Source: Octopus sinensis (Eukaryota). Taken from it: a stretch of DNA of 64,000 nt. Shown piece by piece: positions 51,224-62,150 of the stretch. The DNA lies in the NCBI RefSeq assembly GCF_006345805.1, contig NC_043012.1, forward strand, positions 3,224,001-3,288,000, in the 5' to 3' direction. Within the stretch, counting starts at the first letter, position 1. Each line of letters begins with the position of its first letter. Position numbers and translations under genes: made by a program. The notes beneath the pieces are model-generated. The model searched no databases. It had not been told where the DNA came from and saw nothing but the letters and a program-made list of their open reading frames with translations.

Positions 51224-54200
51224 TATCTGTGTGTGCATGATTGTTTTATACATATGCACATAAGTACCACTCACTCAAACCGATCTGTTGACCAGGAAGA
51301 AATCTATCATTGAATCATGAAAGAACAATAGTAATTTATAACTACCATCAAAAAGAGCATATGATGCATTCTTGATGGCAATGCATACGCCAGTGAAGAT
51401 CTTTACCAATGCACAAGAGTGCATAGTGCTTTTACTGCTTCTGTAAAACTGTATTTTTTAAAGATGTTTTGGTGTCTACTACATATGACTGCATTGTTGT
51501 AATCAAAACGTGTGTGTGTTGCTTAACTGTTCCGTTTGTAATTATTCCTACTGGCTTTATAAACACCCAAAAATTATATCTGCCCACTTCCATTACTATA
51601 TATTTATTGCCAGCTGCAAGTTCTATGTGTCTCTACCAAAAAGAATCTCTGAATCCTTAGTTCAGGATATTTCAATCTTACTATATAGCAACATAAGCAC
51701 AATTTATCATCTTTTATTCATGCAGGTTTAACAGATGAAGAAATTGTTGCACAGGTGGTGTTGTTCTTATTTGCTGCAGACTTAACAACTTCAACTGCGT
51801 TGTCGTTTTTTTCATATATCCTTGCACTCAGCCAGAAATACAGCAGAAGGTATATGATGAAGTGATGGATGTCATTGGTGACGTAAGTTTCCCTAAGATT
51901 TTGGCACGAGACCAGTAATTTGGTGGGAGGGGCTAAGTTGATTACATCAACCCCAGTACTTGGCTGGTACTTATTTTATCAACCTTGAAAGAATGAAAGG
52001 CAAAAAACACCTGAGTGGAATTTGAACTCAGAATATGAAGATGGATAAAATGCTGCTGAGCATTTCACCTGGTGTGCTGGCGAGTCAGTAACCTAATAAT
52101 ACCTGAATAATTCATAAACCAGAGATGTTGTAGTGATGTGTACTGCTGTATTATGTGATAAACAGTTTTGAGTTCAAGTAATATGTATTGTATTGTAGAA
52201 TTGCACTTGGGTTAAGACACAATGCAAGAGATCTGCAATTGGTTAGCTCATCACTAGTGAGACTCCAAAACTTTGGTTGTCTGTGACTTAAAACTTCCAG
52301 TCATAGTGAATACAAATGATTAGAGAAATTTAGCATTAATTATAACTAATTACTGGTTTAGATAGACTTCTAAAGTAATTATTTTAGAAGTCTATCTAAG
52401 CCAGTGATACATTTCTAACTATAGAGGCTACTCAGCTGCATATGTCTGAGGTGATTGTGATATAACTGCTTTGTGTGTGTGTGTATATATATATATTCAC
52501 TAATATTATTTGGATATTAATATAGATAGAATAATTATTTTGATTGCAAAATTAAAATATGAACAAAGACAATTGTGATTACTCAGAAAAGTGTGGAAAT
52601 GACAGTAGCTATTGTGAATCTAATATCAACATAATCCTAAACTGTATTTTGTTAAATGCTTATATTTCACTTATTTTATTTATGATTCAATAGCAAATCA
52701 GTGTCATGAATTGAATTTGATATTTATTTGTTTGCAGGAAGAACCTACGGTTGAAAATTTGAACACACTAACTTACCTCGATATGTGTATGTCTGAATTA
52801 CTTAGAATGTATCCTGCATCACTCAGGTAGTGTTACAATGTTTACATCTGCATGAAATAATTAAATAATGTTTGTTGTAAAGAGGTGAGCTAATGTGATG
52901 CATTATGAATTTTATTTATTACTATCAGGAATATTCCACATTAAATTGTATCAACTGTATGGTTTGTTAATAGAATATATTCTACTTAAATACAAATGAA
53001 AACTATAGAGAAGGGATATAAGACTACTTGTTGTTGATGGCCTTCTTTTAAGAGAAGAGAGCAAGTAATTGAAAAGTGAACGAACAATTTTGAGGAGAAA
53101 ATTATAAAGGAAAGCTGCAATATTCAATGGCATATCTCCCATTCTGTAACTCCCTATTTGTATCAATATTCTTCCCTTATTGTTTTGAAAAGTGTGTTCC
53201 ACAAGAAATATACAATAGTACCAAAATGTGTTTGATAAGAAACACATAACAGTACCAAATAACATAATAGTAGCATAAGGAATGTATGATAGTACCAATG
53301 TTCATATCAATATTCTACACTTGGTGTGAAAAATATGTTCCATAAGGAATACATAATATTACCAAATATATAATATAGCAATGGCATATCTCCTGTTCTG
53401 TAACTCCCTATTTATATCAATACTTCCGCTTATTGATTTTTAAAAATATGTTCCATAAGAAATATATATTAGTACTAAATTTTATAACCTTTCATTACAA
53501 CAAATTATGACATCATATGTTTACATGCACAAAATCTACTTTGTTGTTGTGGTATAATGTAAATGTACATCACATGCCAGACAGGGGGAGCCCCAAAGGA
53601 CATCCTGTATGGAGAATTGGACATTGGCACAAGAGCACAACCTCATCTTTGTTTCAAGTACGTCTGCAAGAAAGATATGAAGTTGATGGTTCTGGACATT
53701 CTGAGATGGGAGGAGACTGAAAATGATCACCATGCTGGAGACAAATATTGCAAAAGTGTGTGAAGCAAGTGGAAGAGAAACAGGAACTTGCAACCAAAGA
53801 AAAGTGCACTTCATGAAAGGAAAAACCAGTAGCACCTGTAGAAAGCTTCTTTAAATGCAGTTGTTGTATGCATGATTACCACTCTCATGTGGGCCTATAC
53901 AACCACTCACATGTGGGCCTATACAGCCACAACACGTGCTGCATCACCATCAGCAGCTGACATGATTTCTTCAGGCATAGATCCATGGTCTCCCAAGACC
54001 GACAGATGCCTACTACTAACATAAATGTAATAGTCAGTGATTGCCCTAATAACAGAACATCCTGTGCATAAAATGTATAAGTTCATATTCCTGTCTCAAA
54101 GAGAATGCTACATTATCAAACGAAAGTGAAGTAATGATGTGCTTATAATTGTGTTCTATTGCAATTATGGTCTGTACATTATTGAGGCAGTCTCAGACAA

Positions 54201-57200
54201 ACATGAAGTGAGAATCTAGAAGAGTTTCTCCAGTGTTCTTATTATATCTGAATTGTGTCTGTGATTCAGCTGTGATGTGTCCATATCAGACCATCACCTT
54301 CAAATATATAGTGATCAAACTCTGTTTAAGTACTGAGTCAATAATTTTAACTTCATTTACTTTCAAAAGTTTGCTAAAATATGGGAATATATTTTTTGCT
54401 TTTGATGTGTAAATATATCTGTACATTGATTTCAAATTTTGGTACAAGACCAGCAATTTCAGAGATCAGTAAATCAATTACATTGGCCCAGAAGGCTCAG
54501 CTAGTATTTATTTAATGAATCCGGGGAGGGTGAAAAGCAAATATGGACTGGAGGAATTTGAACTCAGAATGTAGCATTTTGCCCAACACAAAACATTTTC
54601 CCTGTTTTGTTAATGATTGTGTCAGCTAGATGCTGTAATATATATATCTGTATATTTTATGGAATTATTCTTAGGTATTAAATATTGCAATTAATTAAGA
54701 ATTTTCCCTATTGTTCATTTATACAGGCTTCAGAGGTATGCCAAGGAAACTGTTAAGATAAAGGACTGGATAATTCCGAAAGACATTCCTATAGACATAT
54801 CTATTTATAGCCTTCAACATGACCCTGAATACTGGCCAGAACCACATAAGTTTATTCCAGAAAGGTAGGTCAAATTATTAAAATTTCTATATAAGAAACA
54901 AAGAAATCCAATATTGATTATTTAAATATAACTGAATAATAATCAATGAACTTATCTTGGTAAAGGTTAAAATATATTTGAATAGCCATATAATTAGTGA
55001 TTTAAAAAAAAAATCTATATAAAAGCATTCTACATGCATGCGTGCACACACACACACACACACAAACATAAACAACATGTGCGCATGTGAATGCATAACA
55101 TGCATGCACATACACACACATTTACCAAGTATCTAATAACCATATAGTTAGGCTATTGTACTCTACAACCCCAACCCTGCAGATAACATGACTGGGAATA
55201 ATACTTTACACTAAAACACTAAAAATGTTGTACATCCATGATATCTGATGGTCAACTTCTTACTCTTTGATTGATCCTGAATTTTACTGATCCTGATTTC
55301 CAGCATCATACATTCCCAATTCCTCTTCTCTCCGTGCAGAATGACCTTCAATGAAACCCAACTGGCTGCTCTAACTACAAACACTGTTTCATATCTCCCA
55401 CATACTTCTACAATTGCTCTGAACAAATATCAGACACTGATATATCCAACCTGAGGAGCCCTACATCTAAATAAACTTGTTATTATAAAAATACACTTGA
55501 GTACCCTTTGAAAAGAAAACTGCTTTGCTAAAAGCATCATTTACAGATGTCAAGTGATTACCAGTTCAACTACAAAGAATATGTTGAAGCCACAGCCAAC
55601 AACTTTAAGAAGCACATTTACACACACATCCCCTCATACACAAAGCCTAAATTGGCCCACTACTTCATTGGCTGAATACATCTGGCAACTTAAAAATCAA
55701 AATCCCCAACACTCATTATAATTGAACATAGTGAAATTTACAACCCCACACATAGAACAAAAGTCATGCCAACTATGTGGCCAGGGAGATTAAAAATGGT
55801 CCATATACACACAGTAACTGATAAATGGGACACACGCAAACGTAAACAATATTCACACATAAACACACATAATGCATGAGCACACACTTTATGCACAAAC
55901 ACACATTCATGCCTTTAAACACACACACACACACACACCTAAAAGCAAACACATGCACCTCACACATGCCTACTCCATCAATCCGTATACTCACACCTAC
56001 CTTTGCACATACATACACACACATCTGATAACCTCATGCACCCATACATTAGAAGTAGTCCCTTAATTTCTCGGTATAGCTTGGAGGACCAGGATAAACA
56101 GGGAGGTTAAGAATTCATCCTTTCTTTTGCAACTTTCATTTTCTCACCTGGGCCAGAAATTTGATGCCTCTGTAATTATTTCTGTCTAGGACATCACCTT
56201 TGTCTTTGTAGCAGTTGACTATAATATTGCTTCTCTGATCATTGGGCATGACTCCCACTTGGACAACCTGATTAACTATACTGGTGACCAAGTCATATCT
56301 CACTCTGCCAGATATTTTAAGCATCTCAGCAGTGATTCCTGATGGGCTGAAGGCTTTTCCTGTCTCCATATCCTTAATTGCCTTATCTACTAAGCTTCTG
56401 TCAACCAGATAGCTGGCTCCTCTGTTCTGTTCACATTAAGCAGGCTCTCCTTCTCCCATGCATTTTCTACATTTAGCAACCTTTCATAGTGGCACTTCCA
56501 AGCCTCCTTCTTTGCAAAATCACTGACTACAAGTGAGCCATCATCTATGAGAAAAAATTGCTCTGCTACCACAGCACGATCTTCTCTGACAATGTTTAGC
56601 AATCCAAAATACTTCAAGCTTCTGGTCTTCACATCGCAGGCCATTGACAGCTTTCTCCTTGCTTTCTCCTTTCTCCCTGGCCAAGCATACCTGCCTTCTA
56701 ACCTCCCTCATAGCTACCTGGTATAGTTCTTTGCTACAATACAAAATACACATAGATGAATAACGATATATTATGCACCTTACAAGGTAAATTCTCGTTC
56801 TAAAATTGTATGTGTTTTATATTACTTTTAATGTATCAAAAAACTGTCATGATTTATGAATCATTTGGTATTTTCTAATAACGGTACTCTAATCTTCAGA
56901 TTTGCACCTGAAGCAAAAGACAAATTGAATCCTTATACCTTCTTACCATTCGGCATTGGACCAAGAATGTGTATAGGCATAAAAATGGCAAGATTGGAAT
57001 TTAAGCTTGCTATCGCTACCATAATCAGAAAATATAAATTTGTGAAATCTCCGAAAACCGAGGTAAGATAATGTGAATATGAAATCTTAAAATATAAAAC
57101 AGAGTTTGTGTGTGTGTGTGTGTGCATGGACATATGTTCCTTATGGATTTGAAAACCTAGTTGCCGATTTTGGCGTATTAGGTATCAAATGATTCAGTAA

Positions 57201-59158
57201 TCTTTCATTGACCAAATAAAGTAAAATTTTTGCAACTCTGCCTCCCTTATCTTTATGTCTAACATCAAGCATAATGAGAAAATGTTTAAAATATTTTACT
57301 AGGGAATGAAACTTTGAAGTTATACCGTCAACTTCATTAGTATTACTTAGTAGATAATCTAATGTGAAGTATTTTTGTGTTTTGTTTAGCCCAGCGTTAC
57401 CTCTGATATAGCAGACCCATCGAATATCTTTTTTTTCCTTCCTGAAATACTGTAGATCTGTGTCTTTTTTTTGATGAAAGGTTATGTTTTAAGAGAGATT
57501 TGGTTGCTTTCTGTAGTAGCTCAGGTTAATACAGACACACCTGTGTGTGTGTGTGTGTGTGTTTTGTTGTAGTGAAAAAATACTAATTTTGTAAGAAATC
57601 TGGACATCTTTCTTACTGCTAACCATTCAGCTTCAAAAAACAATTGTTAATTGCTGGAAGTCTTGTAGACTGAGATGTACATATACTGTTATCATATAGA
57701 TTGGAAGTTCAATATGAAATTTGAACTCGTTATCTTGTGGTTAGTAATCCATTACCTTAAATTTGAAACCATTAAGTCTTTAAACATTATTATACTGGGT
57801 TTAGTCTTTTGACTATCGCCATGATAGGGTATCACCTTCAAAAATGTAATTGACCATACTGAGCTCAGTACGTATTTCAATCTGTTATTTATTTTATAGA
57901 TCTCTGCTTGATGAACTGCTAACTTTGAGACATAATGGGGCACAATACTCGATTTTACAACAAATGTAAACACACACACATATTGAGTGCAAGAATGTGG
58001 TTAAAAAGTTTGCTTCCCAGCCACATGGTTCCATGTTCAATCCCTCTGCATGGTACTTTGAGCAAGTGTTTTCTACTATAACCCTAGGCCAACCACAGAC
58101 TTGTGACTGAATTTGGTAGATTGAAACTGCAGCATTGTTCATCAGAAAATGACTGAAAAACATGTTTATAAAGAAGAGTTGTTTGCTTCATACTCCTCAT
58201 AAGCTGGTTCTGCCCATAAGAAAGGAACAAATAATACAATGTGGCTGTAGGTAATAACCCCCCCCCCCCCCCGGGCAACGCCAGGGTGCATTGCTTGTAC
58301 AATGTAATTTGAAACAATGATTTATTGTTCACAAAATGTCAATCATTACATTATTCATAAAACTGTTCCCGCGAGTGAAATATTTGCTGGGTTATCTGCA
58401 TTTTAAGTTTACTTTTATTTCAAACTTCAGCTGAGATGAACATGTAGAAGAATATTATTGTTATTAATAATCTCCTATTTAATAGAATGTCTTTCATGAA
58501 ACATTTATTACTTTTAACTGAATGCAAAATCACAAACAAAATAAAATGTAACACATTATTCCTTTGGGAATTATGGACACCTCAGATAATCTTAGGAAAG
58601 ATGTGATCTTCATTCCTTTCAGCAGAGTCATAAGATTTCTTTCCAATGCAATTAATGAGGTAAGTGTAGACAATACAACTGGGAATTGAAACTGGATTGC
58701 ATGTTGGCTGGCTGAATGCATAATTTATTACTGTACCCTCAGCCCCACTAGTATAGTTAGAAATGAATTTGTAACCCACCTGGGGACATGGGAAATCGAC
58801 ATTTGAAGTATTAATGCATCTTCCAAAGTGAAGTGAATCTTAAGTGTATTGTGATGACTTTGACCATTTGAAATCTAAATTTTGATTGAACAAGGTAAGA
58901 ATTCTCTTATAAATGAGTTTTTGTAACTGTTATAAATATTAGAAGATTTCATATTTTGACTGAATCTGAAATTTTAAAGAAATATCATTAGTTGTATGTG
59001 TTTGATTGTCACACTTTATCATTGATCAACAATTGAAATATCTAATGCTCACTGACTTTATTTCCTGGTAATTCTCTTTCTAGGTTCCTCTTAAGACAAG
59101 TGGGCAAATATTTCTTTATGCAAAGAATGGAATATGGTTGAAGGCTGAAAAACGATAA
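30709..59158 (+). CDS. CYP3A-like: Cytochrome P450, clan 3 (CYP3A-like), right copy; 14 exons; 1-bp deletion in exon 10 (pseudogene or consensus error)
   Basis: Exons: 30709-30779, 38164-38260, 41081-41133, 42283-42379, 44010-44126, 45010-45098, 45984-46132, 48657-48781, 49252-49381, 51726-51882, 52738-52826, 54727-54864, 56900-57062, 59084-59158. All introns GT-AG except intron 9 (GC-AG); phases are compatible apart from the exon 10 deletion. Motifs: N-terminal TM anchor, IPGPEP hinge, WKFAR (WxxxR), ELLR (ExxR), PERF, FGIGPRMCIG heme loop, stop TAA. Confidence 0.93.
31275..31643. mobile_element. Tigger/pogo-type MITE
   Basis: TA|CAGTAGAACCTCGCAATACGA ... TCGTACTGCGAGGTATCACTG|TA. Confidence 0.8.
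31950..32950 (+). mobile_element. RLE-type non-LTR retrotransposon 3' fragment (Hero/R2-like), degenerate
   Basis: Zn-knuckle CKQC...LNHILTGC, then ELTVPWED and EIGCR restriction-like endonuclease motifs in broken frames. Confidence 0.75.
32953..33100. mobile_element. Small MITE-like element
   Basis: Imperfect ~20-bp TIR agctaattgcttcacaacg / cgttgtgaaggaattagct. Confidence 0.55.
33318..33434 (-). ncRNA. Type I hammerhead ribozyme, Penelope-type (minimal palindromic stem III)
   Basis: Minus strand: ucu-CUGAAGA-ggccgug[long stem II]cacggcc-GAAA-C-AGCU-GUC-aga; all core nucleotides present. Confidence 0.75.
33729..33878. mobile_element. 150-bp MITE
   Basis: ~30-bp TIRs tggtgaaggccggtttatgggg / ccccataaaccggccttcacca. 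Confidence 0.8.
34330..34760. promoter_or_regulatory. CpG-dense promoter-like island in right intron 1
   Basis: AAGATGGCG (YY1-like), CTTCCGG (ETS-like), two CATGCGCG (NRF1-like), GCGCGAGCGCGCGCC, in an otherwise AT-rich region. Confidence 0.45.
34990..35340 (+). mobile_element. Helitron 5' fragment of a related family
   Basis: tatataaataaaactgagaatgtctgtctgt... similar to 39570/46592 starts; end approximate. Confidence 0.6.
35810..36710 (+). mobile_element. LINE-tailed SINE-like repeat (truncated mirror 20590-21055; relatives ~7900-8100, 11790-11980, 19440-20250, 37040-37860, 45240-45480)
   Basis: Shared tail ccaacccatgccagcatggaaagcggacgttaaacgatgatg. Confidence 0.7.
38164..38260 (+). CDS. 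CYP right exon 2 (LAKKPYDYFKNINIPGPEPWFFFGNMLQLMKK)
   Basis: Proline hinge; ag|...|gt. Confidence 0.92.
39570..40341 (+). mobile_element. Non-autonomous Helitron, intron 2 (right copy)
   Basis: A|TC start; tgccgcaacgaagagtggca hairpin; CTTG|T end. Confidence 0.7.
41081..41133 (+). CDS. CYP right exon 3 (GMAKFDKEMKQKYGKVL)
   Basis: KYGK motif, 53 nt, ag/gt. Confidence 0.9.
42283..42379 (+). CDS. CYP right exon 4 (FYICNQP...DPEMVKEICIKQFAVFTNRY)
   Basis: DPEMVK and FTNR motifs; ag/gtaagt. Confidence 0.92.
44010..44126 (+). CDS. CYP right exon 5 (DMFPPDRVGDKFLSFLTDLHWKFARTVLLPTFSTSHLKQ)
   Basis: WxxxR and PTFS motifs; ag/gtaaga. Confidence 0.92.
45010..45098 (+). CDS. CYP right exon 6
   Basis: 89 nt, TMGIMNRVAKNLEENF..., ag/gtgagt. 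Confidence 0.88.
45984..46132 (+). CDS. CYP right exon 7 (YTVDMIASTAFGIEVNSQKNPD...)
   Basis: E-helix motif, 149 nt. Confidence 0.92.
46592..48192 (+). mobile_element. Non-autonomous Helitron, right intron 7 only
   Basis: A|TC start, tatgacc...ggtcata hairpin, CTAG|T end; empty A|T site with no TSD in left arm at ~10630. Confidence 0.9.
48657..48781 (+). CDS. CYP right exon 8 (LFPVIPKILG...IAERRKNKT)
   Basis: F'-G region, ag/gt, phase fits. Confidence 0.88.
49252..49381 (+). CDS. CYP right exon 9 (VRHDFLQLLLDA...)
   Basis: DFLQLL motif; GC donor (AG|gcaagt). Confidence 0.87.
51726..51882 (+). CDS. CYP right exon 10 (I helix), frameshifted
   Basis: LTDEEIVAQVVLFLFAADLTTST; 157 nt vs 158 nt in the left copy. 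Confidence 0.88.
52738..52826 (+). CDS. CYP right exon 11 (YLDMCMSELLRMYP)
   Basis: ExxR motif. Confidence 0.92.
54727..54864 (+). CDS. CYP right exon 12 (HDPEYWPEPHKFIPER)
   Basis: Meander/PERF motif. Confidence 0.93.
56090..56750 (-). mobile_element. RTE-like LINE fragment in right intron 12
   Basis: GKAFSPSGITAEMLK...YKDKGDVLDRNNYRGIK (RT N-terminal motifs). Confidence 0.8.
56900..57062 (+). CDS. CYP right exon 13 (FGIGPRMCIG)
   Basis: Heme-binding FxxGxRxCxG; 163 nt. Confidence 0.95.
59084..59158 (+). CDS. CYP right exon 14 (VPLKTSGQIFLYAKNGIWLKAEKR*)
   Basis: ag acceptor, clan-3-like C-terminus, TAA, AATAAA ~55 nt downstream. Confidence 0.88.
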   Translation, partial: VPLKTSGQIFLYAKNGIWLKAEKR

Positions 59159-59213
59159 TCTGAAATTTGCCAAAGAAATGCTGCTGTGCTATAATGTTCT
59201 TCACATTTCTACC

Positions 59214-59219
59214 AATAAA
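59214..59219 (+). terminator. Putative polyadenylation signal of right CYP copy
   Basis: AATAAA 55 nt after the stop codon. Confidence 0.55.
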
Positions 59220-60916
59220 ATTACTTTCTGTAGACAACACCAGAATAATTCTGTAACAATATGAATTCTATTTCTTATATCATCAGCATCATCATCATCA
59301 TCATCATCATCGTTTAAAGTCTGCCTTCCATTAATTGCTTTTAACCCTTTTGTTACCATATTTCTGTTGAGATGCTCAGTGTTTCTTTCAATTAATTTTA
59401 ATTTTAACAAAGAATTTAGTCAAATAACTTCGTTATCATTCAGCTAGTGTTAGGAACATAAACTGTGACTAAGGTTTGGTGAAAGATTTTAATTCAAAAC
59501 TTCTGGAAACATGATACTTGTATTACAGAGCCAGAGGCAGTTTGGTATCAAAAGGGTTAAACAGAAGTATTTGTTGATCAGGAGATTCAGAGAATTTAAC
59601 AAGCTGGAACTGGTTATTTATTATATAAAATCTGTTCTGTCTGTGTGTGTGTGTGTCTTTTAGGATCTCAGGCATCCTCCATTCACTTGCGCTCAAATTT
59701 GATATGTAGATACCAACGGTATCAGGCCATGTATAAGTCTTGAAAAAATTACAAAAATTGATTCCAGGTGAGAATGTGATTTGGTTTAAATGTTTGACAA
59801 CTCAGCACCGTCCATTGGATGGTGGGGATGCGTTCTGCTCGTCTGTTTATATATGTGATGGTTAAATTAAGTTAAAGAGAAAAAATAACTAATTAGCATA
59901 TTTACAAGATTTGTGAGTTAGAAAGCTTTAACTCAGTTTATCATAAGTTCTGCTAATGGATGTTGAATATATAATTTGACTCTCGTCTGATTCGTGTTCC
60001 CTTTTTTCCATCTTAGATGAGTATTCCCTTAACTCTTTAGTGTTCAGATTTCACTGTCTAATGTAATGCTTATTGATTCACATTGATTTGAATTAATCAT
60101 GCATTACATTGTAGCTCTGAGATATCAATGATGTGATAGTTGGGTGTGATGTGGAGGTGATCTGATTGCTATTTCTAGCACATCAAGTTGACTGGTCGTG
60201 TAGAGCCACCTTTATTGTTTAACAACTACACTTTATATATGGATAAAGAAAACTAGTAATAGAGCTCATACAGTCAGAAACCACCTTCACTAAAGAAAAC
60301 AGGTAAACGTTTACTGTATCAAGTCAATGAAAGACCATCTTTATGGTTGCTTGATTTGTTAGAAATTGAGGTCAGACCGCTCTCAAATTATAACCTGTCT
60401 TATAAAAGAAAGACACACTTCTTTTGCTCTGAAAGCCTAGAAACATTGTATGTATTGAAGTCTCTCTTGACAATGGCATTTGCATCTGAAAGCCTGTATT
60501 TCTTGTGTTGTACCATTTTAAAATTTTAGATTTCTTTCCTTTCTTTTTCTTTTTTCTTTTGTCAAGTTTACAAAGTTTGTTTCAGTGTATGACACTTCTT
60601 TTTTAACATATTCTGTGGAGAAAAAGAATTTGTTTTAAATCTCTGCAAGAGATATAGAGTAACAATACTGAGTATATATCAACAGAATGTGGCAGTCATA
60701 TAAAGGATGATATTACTGTTATTTTAGCCCCAGGAAAACATCTTTTCCTGCTGGCCATCAACACACAGTCTGTGTCTGTATAGCATTTGTGAGTGAAGTC
60801 ATCGCTCCCATCTCTAGCCTCACGTGATACACACAGACCTAGGTTTCTGGGTGGTTACCTGTCTTCAGTGTGAGAAAACCACAAGCTAGCAACGAAAGCT
60901 CTCTCCACTCATAAAT

Positions 60917-62150
60917 ATCAGGTTGTCCCATAAGTTCTGTCCGAATTTCGAATAAAGAAAACAAATGATCAAATGTTATATTTAATTGAAATCTAATCAT
61001 CAATTTACTTTCCCTGATTATCTATGACTTGCTTCCATCTATTTACAAGTTTTTTAATCCCATCAATGTAAAACTCTTTTGGTTTCAAAGCAAAGAACTC
61101 TGAAATGCCAGTTTCGACCTCCTCCTGGCTTGCAAAAGTTATTCGTCCCCCCCGATGAAATTCTGTAAACTACGACAAATGGTAGTTTGAAGGAGCAAAG
61201 TCGGAGAATAAGGTGGATGAGGATTTTTCCCAACCAAGCTCTTCAAATCTTTGTGATGTGATCTTTGCAGTATGGAGTCGCACATTGCCCTAATGAACAT
61301 CACTCCTTTTCGTTCACTAAAGCGCTTCTTTTTTTTTTCTTCAAGCTTGGTTCAAACACTCTAATTGCTGACTTGAGCATTGATTAGCTTCCATCTATTT
61401 ACAAGTTTTTTAATCCCATCAATGTAAAACTCTTTTGGTTTCAAAGCAAAGAACTCTGAAATGCCAGTTTCGACCTCCTCCTGGCTTGCAAAAGTTATGT
61501 CCCCCAAATGATTCTGTAAACTACGAAACAAATGGTAGTTTGAAGGAGCAAAGTCGGGAGAATAAGGTGGATGAGGAATTTTTTCCCAACCAAGCTCTTC
61601 AATCTTTTGTGATGTGATCTTTGCAGTATGGAGTCGCACATTGCCCTAATGAAACATCACTCCTTTTCGATTCACTAAAGCGGTTCTTTTTTCTTCTTCA
61701 AAGCTTGGTTCAAACACTCTAATTGCTGACTTGAGCATTGATTGTTGCATTAGGTGGTAACAATCAAAGTGAATTACTCCTTTGCAATTCCACCAGATTG
61801 AGAGAACTTTTTTTCCATGAAGTTCCCTTCTCAGTTGTGGTTGAGCTTTTTCCCTTTTACCAAGCCACTGTTTATGACGTTTAACATTTCGATAGAAGAT
61901 CCATTTTTCGTCACAAGTCTATCCAAAAAGGGTGAAAGGAGTTCACGAGAATGGAGAGAAGAGCAGATATCAACTCGGGATTTGCAGTTGCTTTTAGACA
62001 ATTCATGAGGCACCCATTTTCCAAAGCTTGGTATGAAGAAAGATGTACAGTTAGACCTTTACAGCTGCTTCAAGAATGATGTGCCATTGATGCATTTTCC
62101 TGCCAGTGTTTGAGGGGCAATTTATTCTCCCATAGTATATAACAACCGTT
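60917..62150 (-). mobile_element. Degenerate mariner transposon with internal 356-bp direct duplication
   Basis: HPPYSPDFAPSNYHLF (YSPDLAPSD-like); TIR caggttgtcccataagttc at ~60919; 5' limit approximate. Confidence 0.85.

Larger units (their letters stand above)
29611..55799 (+). repeat. Right arm of large inverted segmental duplication
   Basis: See left arm; arm-specific segments at 31192-36239 and 46592-48192. Confidence 0.95.

Noticed and set aside
1364-55799. Whole inverted repeat as a simple haplotype mis-join
   Set aside because: Considered unlikely given ~10-15% diverged patches, decaying homology into a structured spacer and several arm-specific insertions. It is not excluded without read data.
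56856-56899. N-terminal part of ORF 56856-57071
   Set aside because: Intronic read-through upstream of the exon 13 acceptor.
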